Shown: positions 23,301 through 37,590, numbered from the stretch's first letter. The stretch is DNA of 64,000 bases from Marsupella aquatica (GCA_973895155.1 OZ316894.1:13883580-13947579); one strand, 5' to 3'. The notes: generated by a model not told the origin, from the sequence alone. Numbers and translations are program-made.

Positions 23301-26164
23301 TTCAACCGCTCAGTTTGGTTGTCCGCCCACTTCTGCGGATTCTCTATCTTTTGGTTGGCTTCCTCTAGGTCCACCAGGGCTTTGTCTAAATCCCCACGGG
23401 CTTGCTCCAACTCTGCTAGGTTGTCGTCCAACTCCTTCCGTAAGGCCGCCCTCTCCTCTAATTGGGTTGCCTTTAGGTCTGCGTTGAGCTCATGGACAAC
23501 ATCAAACTCAATTTTATTCATTTTGTCGTAGGTTTGATCGAGCATGTCATCCTTCTTCCGCAATTTGGATTGAAAGTTGGCTGACAGGTCCTCCAGGTCT
23601 CCCTTCAACTTGTCGATGCCCCTACAGGTCTCATCAAGTTTGGCTTGTTTTTTATGAAGGGCCTTGCGGCATTCTTCAATCTCATCAGACCTTCAGTGCC
23701 CGCTCCTTCCTATGGGCCTCGGTCATGGCTCTATTGCAGGCCGTTATGTGAGCTGGCTTCTGCCTTCTTCAATTCCTGCTTCTCCTTCTCCTTGAGGGCT
23801 CCGGCCAGGTCTTCCTGAGTCTGGGCTAGTTGCCCCTGCATGACACTTATTTTATGCTTCCTAACTCGTAGCTCGTCCTGGGCCTACTTGGCCACCCTTA
23901 ACTCTCCGGCCTCGGCTTCCTTCTCCCTTAGCCGTCGAATGACTTCCTCCTTCTTCATCCTCTCCAAGGCTAGTGCGTCTGTCAACCGGCTTTTCTCCAA
24001 CATCTCCTTATGGACGAAAGGCCCTATCTCCAATTCTGCCCCAAAGATATTGAGGGCGAGTAGCCCGCACATCCTCCCATACTCCAGGGCTCTGGAACGT
24101 GCATAGGTGGAGTGGTTAGGAGATGTCGGCATCTCCCAACATGGCCTTACCGTCCAAGCCGCCCTTCTTATCTCCTCAACCGTGGGCAAGGGCACAGCTT
24201 GAACCCTTGCCAGTTGCTGAATGTTCTCCGGCCATCCACCACCTGGAAAGTCCTTCTCCTTGACCAGGGTTGCTTCCTCCAGGTCCATGAATTGCTGCTG
24301 CAACTCTTGATCGGCCTGTTGTCTTCCGTCAAACATTGGTGGAGGTACGTCTGGTGGGGGGGACTCCGAGCTCCCTTGCTGTTGTGGATCCCCCCGCACC
24401 ACCCTTGGTAGTCTGGGATTAAACGGCCGTAGGTCCACACTCCTGGTATTGAGCGATCTGACCCGTAACCCAAGTCCATGTGGTATTCCTCCTTGTAATC
24501 CCCGTCCTTCGGGCATCCTGGTGCCTGTCGGTCCTCTCTAGGACTAGCCGTAAACCCGGCCTCCTGCCGGGGATTATACAGGTGTGCGGCTTGCTCTTCT
24601 GGCTTATGTACCTGACTTCCGCACTCCTTTTCAGGACTGGGAACCCTGGGTCCTAGTTCCTCTGAGTCACTAGAGGCTCCTACATACATCCGCACCCCCG
24701 GCTCGTGTTCCTGCCTCCTTCTTTCTTTGGCTCCGGTAAAGGGTTTTCCCTTGTCATTTTTCTGGTGCCCGTTGTTGCTGCCTCTGGTGCTAGAGCCGCC
24801 TTCTCCTTGGTCAGTATATGCAGGAGGCTCTACATGGCCGGTTGTTGCATTGGCCCAGCTTCCGACACCTGTTGGAAGACCTGAGCTATCGTGGGACTGC
24901 CTGGTGGGTCGGGCTGCTTTGCTGCCGCTCTCAGGTCTGATTCCTCTTCTGGCGCTCTAGCCTGCAGGGGAAGAATCGGGGCAAAGATTTGACTTTGGGC
25001 ATACCGGCATAACAACGGCATGTGATAACCAAGCCGGGATATGCTTCCTTGGCTAATCACAAGTTGTTCCTCCTTTAATATCTTTTTGAGTTGGTTGAGG
25101 AGGTACCCATTGTAATCCCGGCTTGGTTCTGGCCTCTCTGCCAAGTAAACCTATGCTTTGCTGATCTTTGGCCTCGGCCAGCTGCAATGCATCGTTACTC
25201 ACAAGAAATCAATCATTTCTCCAATATGCGGGTTGGTGCAGGTGCTCCTGAGGAAGCCATTTTTTGTTGACGGTCCGGGGAACGATCTAAACTCCTTGTT
25301 CAGCAAGTTCTTCCGGGTTTCTACCTTAGCTTTGTTGCCCTTGGGCAAGCCAAACACTTTGGCAATCACGTTGGAGGTGAGAAAGAAGTCTCCCGTAGAT
25401 CTTTGTGGAGCTGGTCTTGTGGTCCCATGATCCCACAAATTCCAGTAAGTCCAATTCCGACACCTCCTTCTTCAGCCACGACAGTCTTACAAAGCTCTCC
25501 AAGCCTGACCCGGCCATGAAGCCCTGGTACTTCTTGGTCTACATTGCCGTAAAGCATGCATCCTCCTCTCATGCAAAATGTAGCTGTACCGCCAGTGGTA
25601 TCACTGCCGCCCATCCCTTCCAGGTGTCGTCTCGGGTAGGGATGGCATTGACTGGGTTGACTTCTTGTTCCTCGGGTTCCTCCTCCCTCTGCTTCCCCTG
25701 TTTGGCTGGCTTCCTTGATACTCCCAACCTCGTCCTCTTGGCCGGTGTGTTTTCTTCATTGTTGGTCATCTTCCTCTTCATTTCAGCGGCACCTAAAGAT
25801 TCTCCCAATACTGTTGCTTTTGTCCACACCGTTGTGCAACCCTTCAGGTCCCAATGTTCGTCGTTGCAGTTGTTGATGGCTTGTCGGATGCCGACGATCT
25901 GGTTGTCTTCCTTGAAAGGGGGTTTTTATAAAATAAAATAAGCCGCGAAAGCCCCACGACGGGGGGGAAGCAAACAGAGAATGTTCCATCACAGACGGAA
26001 TATTATATACACATCTCGGCAGGGGTGGTTGTCAAAATCTATGGTCCCAGAGAACCTCCTCATCAATCCTATATACAGTGCCCTTCCTAGCGCGCATAAG
26101 GAGCAATCTCCCTGATGCTCAGTCTCCCTTGTGCTATTACCAGCATAGTCTCCTCAACTTTGTT

Positions 26165-29100
26165 CTAAACCTGGTCCCCATGTCTCTGAAAGTGAACAAT
26201 CCTAAAGTCATTTCTATAGTTTAATCTCAGTCGTTCAGCGTTCAGCCAATCCCTTGCTCTTTGCAGTCTGTCATACTTCCTACCCTGAGAGAAACGTGTG
26301 CTGACAGCAAACAGGTTGGAAACAGTTTCTGAAAGCACAAGTTTAAAATCAAAAGCACGCTTATTCAGTTTTTTGAAAACCTGTTCATTCCGTGCTAGCC
26401 ATAGAGCCCACAGTAGCTGATATGTTAGAAATAATCTAGCAGTGTGGGTATGTGCCCGTCCGACGGAAGCCTCTAGTAGATCTAGCAGACCGTGTCCATG
26501 ACGGAACAAAAAGCCCTGTCCCACTTCAAGCCCAAAACTCCAGCATGTGGACACAAAAGGACAGTGAAAGAAAAGGTGGGGGATCGTCTCCAGGTGTTCC
26601 AAGCAAAAGGAGCAAATCCCTGGGTCTGCCCCGATGGTAAGAGCTTGAGAGCCCGTGAAGAGACCTCCCACAATTATTCTCCAGATGAAAGTTTTAGCCC
26701 TTGTAGAGAGTTCAGATTGCCATAGATTTGCCCAGCATTTCTTCCATTGTGTCTCTGTGTACTCTGAGCCCCATATCCTGTTCCATCTCTGATAATCAGC
26801 CCCTTTTGGCCTTGGCATCTAGTAAATGCGATGATTGGGTATTTTAAAATACGTTGAAGACCTCTGATCATCAGCCCAGCGCCACATTCTCGCACCTGGT
26901 TTGTATCCCCAGTCACAGTTGGCTTGGTCCCGTATCTTTTGAAGAAAGAGCCTGCTGCGGTCCCGGTAAGCTAGGTCAAACCCACGTAGTCTGTGCCACC
27001 TTTCTGTTAAAGGTCTCCAGGAGTGGGTTGCCTCATCCCACAGGTCCATAATAGCCTTAATTCCAAGCTTCCCAAGTAGCTCCATAGTAATTTCCAAAAG
27101 GACCTGCGACCAGGACTGGAAACCCACTGTACAGCGGAGAGCATCTCCTATGCTCCAACGCCCGGGAAATCCAGCAGCCCCGGGGACAAAACATAGATGC
27201 GCCCGCAGAGAGACCCAGTCCTTCCATAGGCCACCCGAGTAGGGCATCCCTTCGCCGTTGCGCAAAGAGCACAAAAGTAATTTGTCTTTGACTATGTAAC
27301 CGTTCCTTCTAATCGTTCAAAAATTCTGCCAGCCCACCAGATTTAGATTCGCCAAAAAGAGACAAGCCCATTCCGAGGCCGAGGATTCAAGAGCTTTCGT
27401 GATCCACTGCGTTAATAGCGCCTCTGAATGGCATCTGAAGTCACGAAATCCAAGTCCCCCTTCCACCTTGGGTTGCGCCATCTTGGCCCACGCAACCAGG
27501 GGAGCTTCTTCTTCTGCTCAGTGCCCACGAGGTTGATACCCCACAAGGAATCCCTACACAAAGCAATCATCTTTCTCTCTAGTTCATTGGAGGCTTTCAT
27601 AAACATCACATGTTATATAGGGATTGCAAGCAGCACATATTTGATGAGCAGTGTTCTGCCAGTCAATGAAAGCATCTTGCTCAACCATGAAGCTAGACGA
27701 GAGGCAATTTTATCTAAATAGAAGCTATGGATATGCTCCATCTGCAGCCCAATACCAAAAGGGGCACCAAGGTATTTGAGTACTTCTCCTTCTCTACTTA
27801 TCTTACATCGTGTTTCCACGAGCCAGGCTGGTGCTTCCTTCAGAGCCAATGGGACAATGTTCAATTTGTGCAGATTCAACTTGGCCCCCAAGGCATTCTT
27901 GTAGCAACTGAGAGCCATAGTGGTGTCTGCAAAACTCCCTGGATCCACCGGGATAAACATGCCTACATCGTCCGCAAAGAGCCTATAACATACTGTCATC
28001 CACTCATAAATTTTAATACCTGTGAGTCTATGTCCAGCCAGCTTGGCATCCATGAAATCCATGAGAGGCTGGGTCGAGATCACAAAAAGAAGTGGAGAGA
28101 GTGGACATCCTTGTCAAACTCCCCGCCTGAGCTCAATAGCCCTGCTCAGCCTCCCGTTGACGTAAACCTGGGAAGAAGCATTAGTCAGCAAAGCCTGTAC
28201 CAGCTTGGTGAACCATCCACTGAACCCCAGGAGTCTCATAGTTTCCCACAGATACTCGTGGTCAACTCTATCGAAGGCTTTCTCAAAATCTAATTTGAGA
28301 AAGAGAGTCTCCACCTCCTGTTTGTTCACCCATTCTTGTATCAGCCATACAAGCGAGATGTTTTCGAGTATGCTTCTATCTGGGATGAAGCCAGTTTGTT
28401 GAGTGCTAATGAATCGGGGTAGAAGTTTTTTGATCCTTAAAGCCACAATCTTTGCCAAAATCTTGTAAGCCGTGTTCAGCATAGTTAAGGGTTTCCAGTC
28501 CTTGAGAAAGCGCTTGTCTGCTTTTTTAGGAATGAATTTGATCAAACCATCTTTAATCTCTGCCGCCACTTTCCCTGTTAACCAAAAGTCATGTATCATG
28601 CTCATGAAATCCGCCTTCATAAAATGCCAGCAGCTTTTGTATACCTCTACTATTAATCCATCAATTTCGGGGGACTTATCCAAAGGGAGATGTCCAATCA
28701 CATCCTCTACTTCCTTCAGAGTAGGGAGCGCCTCCATCTGCATGAGTTCACCAACTGTGACTCCGTGCCTTGTATTCTTCATAAGTCTGTCTTTGTCCCT
28801 ACGATTTATGAGCCATTTTGCCGGCGAGGGGGGATCTGGAGCATAGAGCTCCATGCAGAACCGCTCCACTTCTTCCAGTATCTCCTGCCCGTCTGTCACC
28901 GTTGTACCCTCCTCCCTTTCTAGGACCCTCATAGCTTCTCGTTCTCGTTTGGCCTTGACAGTTGCAAAAAAGAACTTAGTAGATTCCTCCCCCTCTCCCA
29001 ACCATTTTACTCTCGCCATTTTCCTGCATTTGTATGCTTCTTCAAATTCGGCTGCATGTAGCTTGTCTTCTAATAGGAAAAGATTGAGAGCGTCTGCCTC

Positions 29101-30105
29101 ATAGTAGTCCTCTACTATAGTGCTTTTTAAAGCCCCGACTTCCCCCCTTAGGAAGTGCATCTCTTCAGCTGCTTGTCGTGGAGTAGCCTGTATCTCCATA
29201 TATTGTTTCCTCAGGCTTTTGCTTGCTCTGGAAACTTGTAGGTGTGGGTCCCGCTCCTCAGCTCCTCCTGTCCGCCATGCTGCCTCTAGCAGCTTAATGT
29301 TCGCTTTTGAACGTAGAATAGACAAATTTTCTTTAAAGAATCTTACTCTACCTCTTTCATCTTCCTTCTGCACCCGTTGTAAACAGAATATGGCAATGAC
29401 AGGGTCGTCGTCCAAAAGGGCAGTACCACCTTTGTGCTTAATTGATACTGTACCCTCCAGCCACCAGCCCTTATTGTTAATGTAGAATTGATCGTGTCAG
29501 AGAATTGTTGCGCTGCCTTCTCCAAGTGTACCATGACCCTATTATGCCTTAGCTGAGCTCTTTAGCATCAATCAAATCCACCCTGACCTGTAGGAATCTC
29601 CAATACTCCGCTTCTTGCCCTTTCAGTAAAGAAGTGCCTCCAGATGAATCCATCCGGGATTCCATCATATTGAAATCGCCACAGAGAATCCAGTTGGCTT
29701 GTGGTAGCTCCAGTTTTAGATCATGCCATAGTAGAGCTCTCAATCTTGGAGAGTTAGGAGCGTAAATGCTTACCACCCCCAACGTGTAGGAGGGCATCTC
29801 AATTGTTACCCATACTGCTTTCCCCAACGCAAGTTTGCCCGATGTTATGATCTGTAGTGAGGGGTGGATCAATAAGGCCGTTTCACCACACGTCCTTCAT
29901 CCGGTTCTGCCAAAAAATACTGGTATGACGGTAGAATTGCCCGAAGTGCAATGTCGAGTCTAAATTGGTCTACTTTGACTTCTTGTAATGCTAGAATTCC
30001 AAGTGAGTCTTTCAAAGAGCTCACCCAATTTCGTACTACATATTTCCTGTTGGGCTCTTCGAGCCCACAAACATTCCACGAGGCAATCGTTAGTGTGCTA
30101 TCCAT
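26165..30105 (-). pseudogene. L1 ORF2 (APE endonuclease, RT, zf-RVT)
   Basis: TIASWNV, LQEVK, SIYAPN, GDFN, KLDFEKAFDRV, RRGV-QGCPLSP, LFADD, KYLGAP, CSFC..ETIPHLFFHC, with several frameshifts. Confidence 0.9.
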
Positions 30106-30187
30106 TCGTGTAAAGTTGAGAGCCTGTGGTCTTTTTGCCAGATTATATCCTAAGACGGCCCCCAGGTGAGGGGTTAGCTATAGTGTG

Positions 30188-32661
30188 TCATTGGGCATCG
30201 CTACTGTAGAGTCTGAGTGAGGCAATTGGTATCACCATGCCACTTCCTCTGAATTCCTGAAGGTTTCCCTGATTGCCCGTTCTGGTACGTGGGTGGGGTG
30301 GTGATTGTACTTCCCCAATTGGTTGTGCCTCGTGATCCTCCATCTCCTTCCCTGCATCAATCATTGGATCATGTGAGAAACTCAATGCTCGTTGCTTCTT
30401 ACCTTCCGTTTTCTCCCAATCCTTCTATTCTAGCGCTGGCGAGCTCAAGTCTTGTTTCCGGGCCCTTGACTGCGTGTGATGTATCCCTCATATTCTGACA
30501 TTTCAGCATCTGTATCACCATGAAAGGAGTAGAGGTTGTCTGCGTCGTTATTGGGAGGCAGTGGTCTCGGAGAATCAGCATCTGTAGTATGCACTTGGGC
30601 TTGTGGGGCAGGAGGTGTCACCCATTCAATCACGCCCTCCAATGCATCTGGCATCACTTGTTGATTCCCTTTGCTTCTCTTAACGGCAATTGTTAGTGGG
30701 TCAGCATTCGCTGACGCATGCCTGAAAGCTCTACTCTTGGCAGAGAGTCTTGATGCATTTTCTACCTCAGCCCCACCAGCCTTGGGGCTCTCCGTTCCCC
30801 CCAGGTTCAGGGCGGGGTCATGGAAGAGGGGATTCTCAACGATGAGGACCCCATCCACAGACGCACTCTGCGCCAATTTGGCGCCATGTGCACTATCCTT
30901 TGGTGGATTGCATGATTGAGGACTACCAAAGGAGGCAAAAAAGTATCCAGTCCTTTCACTAATCCAAGGACTGTCAACGGCCAAGATTAGCACATCTTAG
31001 GTAAAAAATACTTCATGACACACTTCCACAAATGTTGGGCACACTTCCAAGAGTAAGGACTTTCGAAAAGTGTGGACACACTTCCAAAAGACTTGGCATG
31101 CAAGATCTAACCTTTCAATCTCAACTACTCAATCCTAGCCATCAAGGGATATATGGCACATTCAGTGCTCATGGACTCCTATTAAGTGCTCATGGAGTCC
31201 TTTCTTATGGAGAAAAAAGGACTAAAATGGTAGTCCTCAATCATGCAATCCACCCTTTGTCTCCTCCATGGTTGTATTGTCTGTTGCTACATGCCGCTCA
31301 TGTGCCCAACTCTGTTCTTTGAAGGCCCTCCTCATTGGCCTTAGGTGCTTGGGTATCATCATCATGTTGTTCTGTTGTGTTGGCCTTGTTCTCATATCCT
31401 TCCCTGCAGTCTCGTGCCAAATGCCCTTTTTATTGTATTTGAAGCGATGGTTCGGGATATTCCTAAAAATCACCGGCTGCCAAATAATTATGTCCTCACG
31501 CACCCGTATTCGTGCACTGGCAAGAATCTCCCTTTCGGTGTCCCAAAGAATACAAGCCCGATCATGAGGATAAGAGCTGAATTCATCACCCTGGATATAG
31601 TAGAGTAGCTTCCCAAATGATTCGGCAATTTTCCGTCTGCAACCTTCCAGCACCAATGCTCTGTAGGGAATCTTGATCCATATTGGGAGCTTAGTGAACC
31701 GGTCATTCTGCACATCAAATGACAGTTCCCAAGCAAAAGTATACACAAACCTCCGCTCCATAAACCAGGGTGCTACTTCCAATGCGACATCTCTGTGATC
31801 CGGGTTTTCAAAAACTACAAGGTAGAAGTTTTTCCCCACAAATTTAATTTGTAGGACCGGCCAATTCATCTCCTTAACCATTGTTTCCTCGACCCACTCT
31901 CTGAATGCTGGTAGTAGCGGTGTTCTATCCATGAAGTAGCAAATGATGGCGCAATTGTATAATTGTCTGACTGTAGTTGCTGCGTCTTTAATGTTCCACT
32001 CGACCGTGGTGTACAGCTTTTCATGCCAATCCCCGTTAGACTTTAAGGCCAAGTCCTTAAGGATTGTAATGCATTCCTCCGAGGTTTCTTCTGGCTCCTC
32101 TATTGCACGCATTTTTGTGTCTCTGTTTGATCCTCTAGGATTTGTGGAATCGTCATTGCTACTCTGCCCTTTGTATTGTCGATTGCTCCGTAGATCTTGG
32201 TTATTATGGGGCCCAAACCCAAATTGTTCATCCCCAAAGGGTTGTCGTCGCACTGCATTCTGTTGAAATTCGCCATTCTGCTTGTGAGGGTTTCTTTCCG
32301 CTTCCCACTGCTCTTGAGCAAGCTGAAATGAGATCTGTTTTTGTCCTTGGCCGCCATCAGTCCTCCCTCTATTGGTGATATCATATGGGGCTTGCGGCTC
32401 CATCCATCCTGATGTTCGAGCATCTTGGGCTGTATACTGTTGGCGGTAAGCATATGCCATTCCACTGCGTCCTCGTCCTCTTCCGTTTGAGTATCGTTGT
32501 GCGCCCCATCTTCCGCCTTGCATTTCCTTCCCATTCCCATACTCCTGTCTGTTCTCATTGTGAGCATACCCTCTTCCTCCGTTGTTACCCAAGGGTGAAG
32601 CACCATTTTGAGGGCCATAATGGTCCATGATTATATTGAATGTACAATCTCCTTTTTCCAA
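30188..32661 (-). pseudogene. L1 ORF1
   Basis: 474-aa ORF with the plant L1 ORF1 pattern (VGKNFYLVVF...ALEVAPWF...LPIWIKIP...IAESFGK) and a broken low-complexity C-terminus. Confidence 0.8.
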
Positions 32662-34141
32662 ATTTGGGTATGATCAAAATCTGCACAATTACTGATCTAA
32701 GCTCGTCTCTCTTCCGTTTGCATTCCGTTGTTAACACTATCAATATCTATCGTTGAGTTAGAGATCTTCACCTTATTTAATGCTTTGAGAATTTGTGCCT
32801 GGTTTTAAGTAGGCTGTAGTTCATGAAGCCTTGTATCTTGCAGTGGAGGTATTGCTCAGCTTTTCATCCCCGTTGTTGATCCGTTGGTAGTCAACGCGAG
32901 CTCCAACCCCCAGCCGCCAACAATCCAGCTCATATATCTCATCCACACAGCCTGCAATAGTCTCTGAAAGCGCATTCAGCCATATATCCCACACAGCTCC
33001 ACGCCTATCCTCGCAAGCTAAGTCCTTGCTAGTGCTCCTTGTAACTTTGTTTAACTTGCCACAATCCTCATGACTACGCCCCCGCAATCCAAGTTCATAA
33101 ACCCCGAACCCAACAGACTCAATCCCTAAAGACGTTTTGTCACACAAGTCATTCCTCTGTTAACCAAATCTCTCGTGAAGATACTCAATTAAAGGCCTGC
33201 CGCCCAGGATCCACAACCAACAGCAAGCCGGCCAGAAAAGCTAGCCCAGCAGCCGAACAATCCCCCCTTACAATCGATTCCTTAATCAAACCTGTCAGCT
33301 CAGCTCTGCCTCTCTCTTAGCTCTCTCAGCTCTTAATGTCTACTTCAAAGGATCCATTGACGATTTGGTTTTCTTGCATTAGAAGGTTGTCAAGCTTGTC
33401 GCCAGTAGGTTTCCACAGGAATTTAGCCTTGATGAGTTCTCCTCCTAAGAAGGCCGTCTTCTGCAGTTCCCACAGCCAAGCAAGTTCTTATCGCTTGCGG
33501 GCTGCTCTTTCTGATTCTTCTTCTTTGTAAGTCTCAACGTACTCACTTGCCCATTTGAACAGGCATCCCCAAAAATGTGTTGCTTGATTGATGTTGCTCA
33601 TTCCCTTCTCTGGCCGTGCTTGGTAGCTACTTATGTCCCTCCTGTGTTCTCCTCCGTCTCTGACATTCGTTGGCTTCTGCTTGCTTGAGGTGCGAATGTG
33701 AGCCGTCCTTCTTGGTTTGGCTTGCCTTACCCCCCCTGCTCGGTCGATCTGCCCGTTGGTTACCCATAGCCGCCGGTACTTAGTTTGCCCTAACCCTAAT
33801 CGTGTTCCCTACTATGGCGTCCTGACTTCCGGCCTTGGCTCGGGTTCCATAGTCACCCTTAATTGTTTATATTTTCCTTGTTTTTGTTACTATACTAATG
33901 TGTCTTCAACATATCCTCCTGGTTTTACCATTTAAATGGCCTAGTGATTCTTGGCTAGGCATCACAGTTTGCAACCGGACATTCTAGTTGTGCTTGTGTT
34001 GCTGAAAGGGACAAATTGCCCTTAGGGTTAGCATATACATAAGGTTAGGTTGGTCACCACAGATTCTTTTGGTGCTATTGGGTCACCCGATGGACGACGG
34101 ACCGGTTTCACTCGAAGTGGGGCGCAATTTGGCTAGCGACA

Positions 34142-37100
34142 TTGGTAGCAGTAAGCAGCACAACTTCAGACAGTGATTCTGACGAGGACTCTATGACCAG
34201 TTCTTCTCGTCATCAGGTGATTGCACCTTTGTTATGGGATATGGAAGAGATATACGGGGCTACAAAGGGCCCACGATGATACTCTAGTGCAGTTGGCACG
34301 ATTGATCTGGATGACTTCACCCAGGAGTTTGATACATGGTGCAATATGAAGACATTGCGTAACACCACGTTGTTTACCCCTTTCATGGCATGGAAGGGAT
34401 TATTTCAACATTTGGAGGGGCCACCCATGGATGACTACCATGAGTTTTAGAAGGCTCATTTGATTGAGATTGAGGCATGGAGGCAGTATTGGTCGCCTAA
34501 TTACGTGTCCATCACCTATGGCACTAGTGCGGTTGCACAACCCATTGCCACAGCTATTGCTTCTTCTAGCAGCACTAGCCAAAGTGGCACACCATCCACC
34601 AGTAGCACTCCAGTAGCATCCATCGCTACTCCTGCCGGTGTGATTGTGATAGGGACTGGAGTTGCACCAGCATTTAATCCTTGGTGGAATTCTTTGAAGT
34701 ACAAAAGTAGAACTATCAGGGTGTGAAAAATTGATAAGTTGAAGGGTCTCCATGAGTTTCAGCGCAAGGCTGGAGAGAGTCTACAGGAGGCATACACTTG
34801 TATGCGCAAATTGATCACTGTCACCAAGGGAGTGACAGAGGCTCAGGCAGTCCAGTTTTGGTATGCAATTCTAGACAGAGAGTTGTGATGTAGAGTGAGA
34901 GATGTCACTCTGCTTAGGGATGCAGATCCCACATTAGCAGTTATTTTTACCCTTTCTGAGCGCATTGAGCTCAATATGGTGAATGAAAAGGTGGTGACTT
35001 CTAGATTTGCCAAGGAAGCACCAAAGGCTGCATCTACATCCACACCATAACCTATTGCACGGAAGAGCCAGAGGGAGAAGCCTACTGCACGAGAGTCTAT
35101 CAGCCAGAGACCTGTGCCCTCTTATGCTGGGCAGCAGTCAGGATGTTGGACCTGTGGTGGGGATCATGCACAGAGATATTTCTTAGATCATAGAGAATCA
35201 GGGGGAGGATCAGCGCCTGATCAGCGATAGTATGATCATTGTGGAGCTCTTGGACACACCAAGGATAGGTGTTTCTCACTCCATCCTGAGTTACGGAGAG
35301 GAGGATCCCGTACACATGATCAGGGAAGAGGAGGAGGAGGTAGAGGTGGTGGACATGGTCGTGGCATGCCACATGCAGGGAGACAGGGAGGTGACGCTGC
35401 CCCTACTGTAACCATAGATCCAAAGGATGCTAAGATTGCTCAATTGGAGCAATAGCTAGCTGCCATGGCTAGTTCCCAGGTGAGACCTACTTCTGGTGAT
35501 GGGGCATCTACATCCTATGGACCTTCCACACCCCATGGTCCTTTCACATCTTATGGAGCTGATGGAGACCTTGCCATCATGGGATTCATGTGTGGCACTG
35601 CACATATTGATGCATCAGCAGCTTTGACACGTGGGGCAGCCAAAGCGCTTGAGCCCTGAGGAGCAATAGTGGAGCTAGATCCACATAGGGGGGATGCACA
35701 TTGGCAGACAAAGCTTCCTCAATCTTTTACATTGTCAGAGACAGTTCAGACTGCCTCTATGAACCTGATTTGAACAAACCTTGGCGTGGGTAAGTTGGCA
35801 GAATTAGGTAGTGATGCAATAGGGATGACAGGTACCCTGCTGGGGCGGCTACTGCCATAGTATGCACCCCATTATTTTCAGCAACAGACATGCTGAACTT
35901 GGGAGTTGGTCCTGTAGAAGTGTTTAGATTGGCAGCTACACTCTGTGAGGACACTCTAGTGGTTGCTTCCCATGCAGAAGCAACTTGTAGTGTTGAAGTA
36001 GTGAAGACCATGCCACCTATTGCTACTAGTGAGACATGGCATGCAGCAGCAGTGAGGTTGGTGGATTTACCAGCACGCCCTACATTTGAGAGGACTAGGT
36101 TTAAACCTGGTGTTGTGTCATTGGATAATTAGAGTGGTATCTTTTGCTTAGTTGGGCCATCTAGAACAGTATACCAGCCAGAGAGAGTGTTACTGGATAC
36201 TGGTGCTCAACCCTTGATGTTGGGGAAGTCTACCATACGTGGATTGGGATTGCGTCCAGAGGATTTGGAGGATTGTCCCTTTCCCATTTAGACCTCATTG
36301 GGGGGACCTACATCTACATAGCATATCACCAGGAGACCACTTGATTTGAGGATTTAGGAAGGTCATGCGACAAATAGCTCATAGATATAGGCGCGAGCTA
36401 TTTTGACTAAGGCAGAGTCATATGATGTGTTGGTGGGATGTACAGTGCTCTACCCCACTGGATTTATTCTTGATTTTTGGGAGAAATTAGTGTCATATAG
36501 ACCTGATTGGCAGTCAGGAGATGCTCGATTGAGCAGGTTTCCAGTGAGATTTAGTGGACCTATGGGAGGCCCTAAATCCACACTCTTGTCTTTGGCAGCA
36601 TTCTGTGGTGTAATTACTGGACCTAATGATTTGATTGAGGGTAATGCGCATGCAGCAGATGTTCCACCATTGGAGGAGTCACATGAGGAACAGATCATGC
36701 GGGGATTACCTGTTGGCAGTGTGACGCCACCAGTGTGGCGCATTGGACAGGCCTTGCCATAGGCAGCAGCACGATTGATACATGATGCATGGCGTCATGC
36801 TTTTACACCACATTCAAGAGTAGAGCGGTCTCTTAGATGGACTAGTGACTCTTTCACCATTGGATACCACTCCTATTGCTTGGCAGTATCCACCATAGGG
36901 TATTTGCTTGTTGGATCTATTTGGTGGGATTAGCACTAGATTTGCTGTTATTCTTCAAGCATGAATTCCTGTGTGTCGCTATTTGTATGTGGAGACAGAT
37001 GAGACAGCACGGAGGGTCTCATTGCGGCATGTGGCTGTGTTGGTGGATAGATATCCACAGTTGCTGCCAGTGGATGCTATTTGTGGTTATCAACATGCAC

Positions 37101-37590
37101 TACCTGCTGATATTTCATTGTTGGGGGCAGATCATTTGCATTGTGTTGGCCCCATTGATTTGGTGATTGCTGGCTGGTTGGCCATGTCAGGGCCAATCTA
37201 GAGCTAGCGTTGGACATGGACTTCCCCGTGGACTTCATGATCCACGCTCTACATTGTTTTGGGAGATGTTACGGGTGCTACGTCATCTCCAGCTATATCA
37301 AAGACAGTCTCCAACATACATTTTGGAGAATGTGCCATTGTTAGGTGATGATCATAGTCGGATTGTGGCCAGTGTTCACCAGGTGAGGTCTTGGATTGGA
37401 CCTGTTGTGTTATTGGATGTTGCACGTGGGGGTTCTCGTGCACATTGTCCACGCTTGTGGTGGACTAATTTGATCCCATGTGAGGTGTTGAAGCGCGCAT
37501 TTGATAGCATCCCACACTCACCAACCTTAGTGGTGGATGATATTTTGGATCCAGGGCGTCGTGCACAGGGTGTGACCCAACCTGATAGAC
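34142..37590 (+). mobile_element. DNMT-Gypsy copy A internal region (PBS, gag, protease, C5-methyltransferase), truncated
   Basis: PBS TGGTAGCAG at 34143-34151, gag from ~34193 with knuckle remnants (CWTCGGDH; HCGALGHTKDRC), VLLDTGAQ at ~36190, MTase motifs at 36880-37590. Confidence 0.9.
36881..37590 (+). pseudogene. DNMT3-like C5 cytosine methyltransferase domain (copy A)
   Basis: LLDLFGGI (motif I), YVETD (II), GPIDLVIAGWPCQG (IV), YILENV (VI), RAHCPRLWWTNL (VIII). Confidence 0.9.

Larger units (their letters stand above)
25910..33358 (-). mobile_element. L1-clade LINE, near full length, degraded
   Basis: ORF1 plus EN-RT-zinc-finger ORF2. Flanked by an imperfect ~17-bp duplication GACGATCTGGTTGTCTT (25893-25909) / GACGATTTGGTTTTCTT (33359-33375). 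Confidence 0.85.
21811..33966 (-). mobile_element. Giant ORF-containing solo-LTR-like unit, copy 2 (contains an L1)
   Basis: TGTGGTGC...GCATCACA ends, 5-bp TSD GTTTG (21806-21810, 33967-33971), colinear with 16081-20674. Confidence 0.85.
15359..34141 (+). repeat. Probable 5' LTR of DNMT-Gypsy copy A (~2 kb net: 15359-16080, 20680-21810, 33972-34141)
   Basis: TGT starts where Copia homology ends. The segment ends in GCGACA directly before a PBS and gag. The pieces rejoin across two TSD-bounded insertions. The left boundary is less certain. Confidence 0.55.

Noticed and set aside
16081-33966. The two giant units as the paired LTRs of one element
   Set aside because: Each has its own distinct TSD, they are clearly diverged, and the DNA between them has no PBS, gag or pol.
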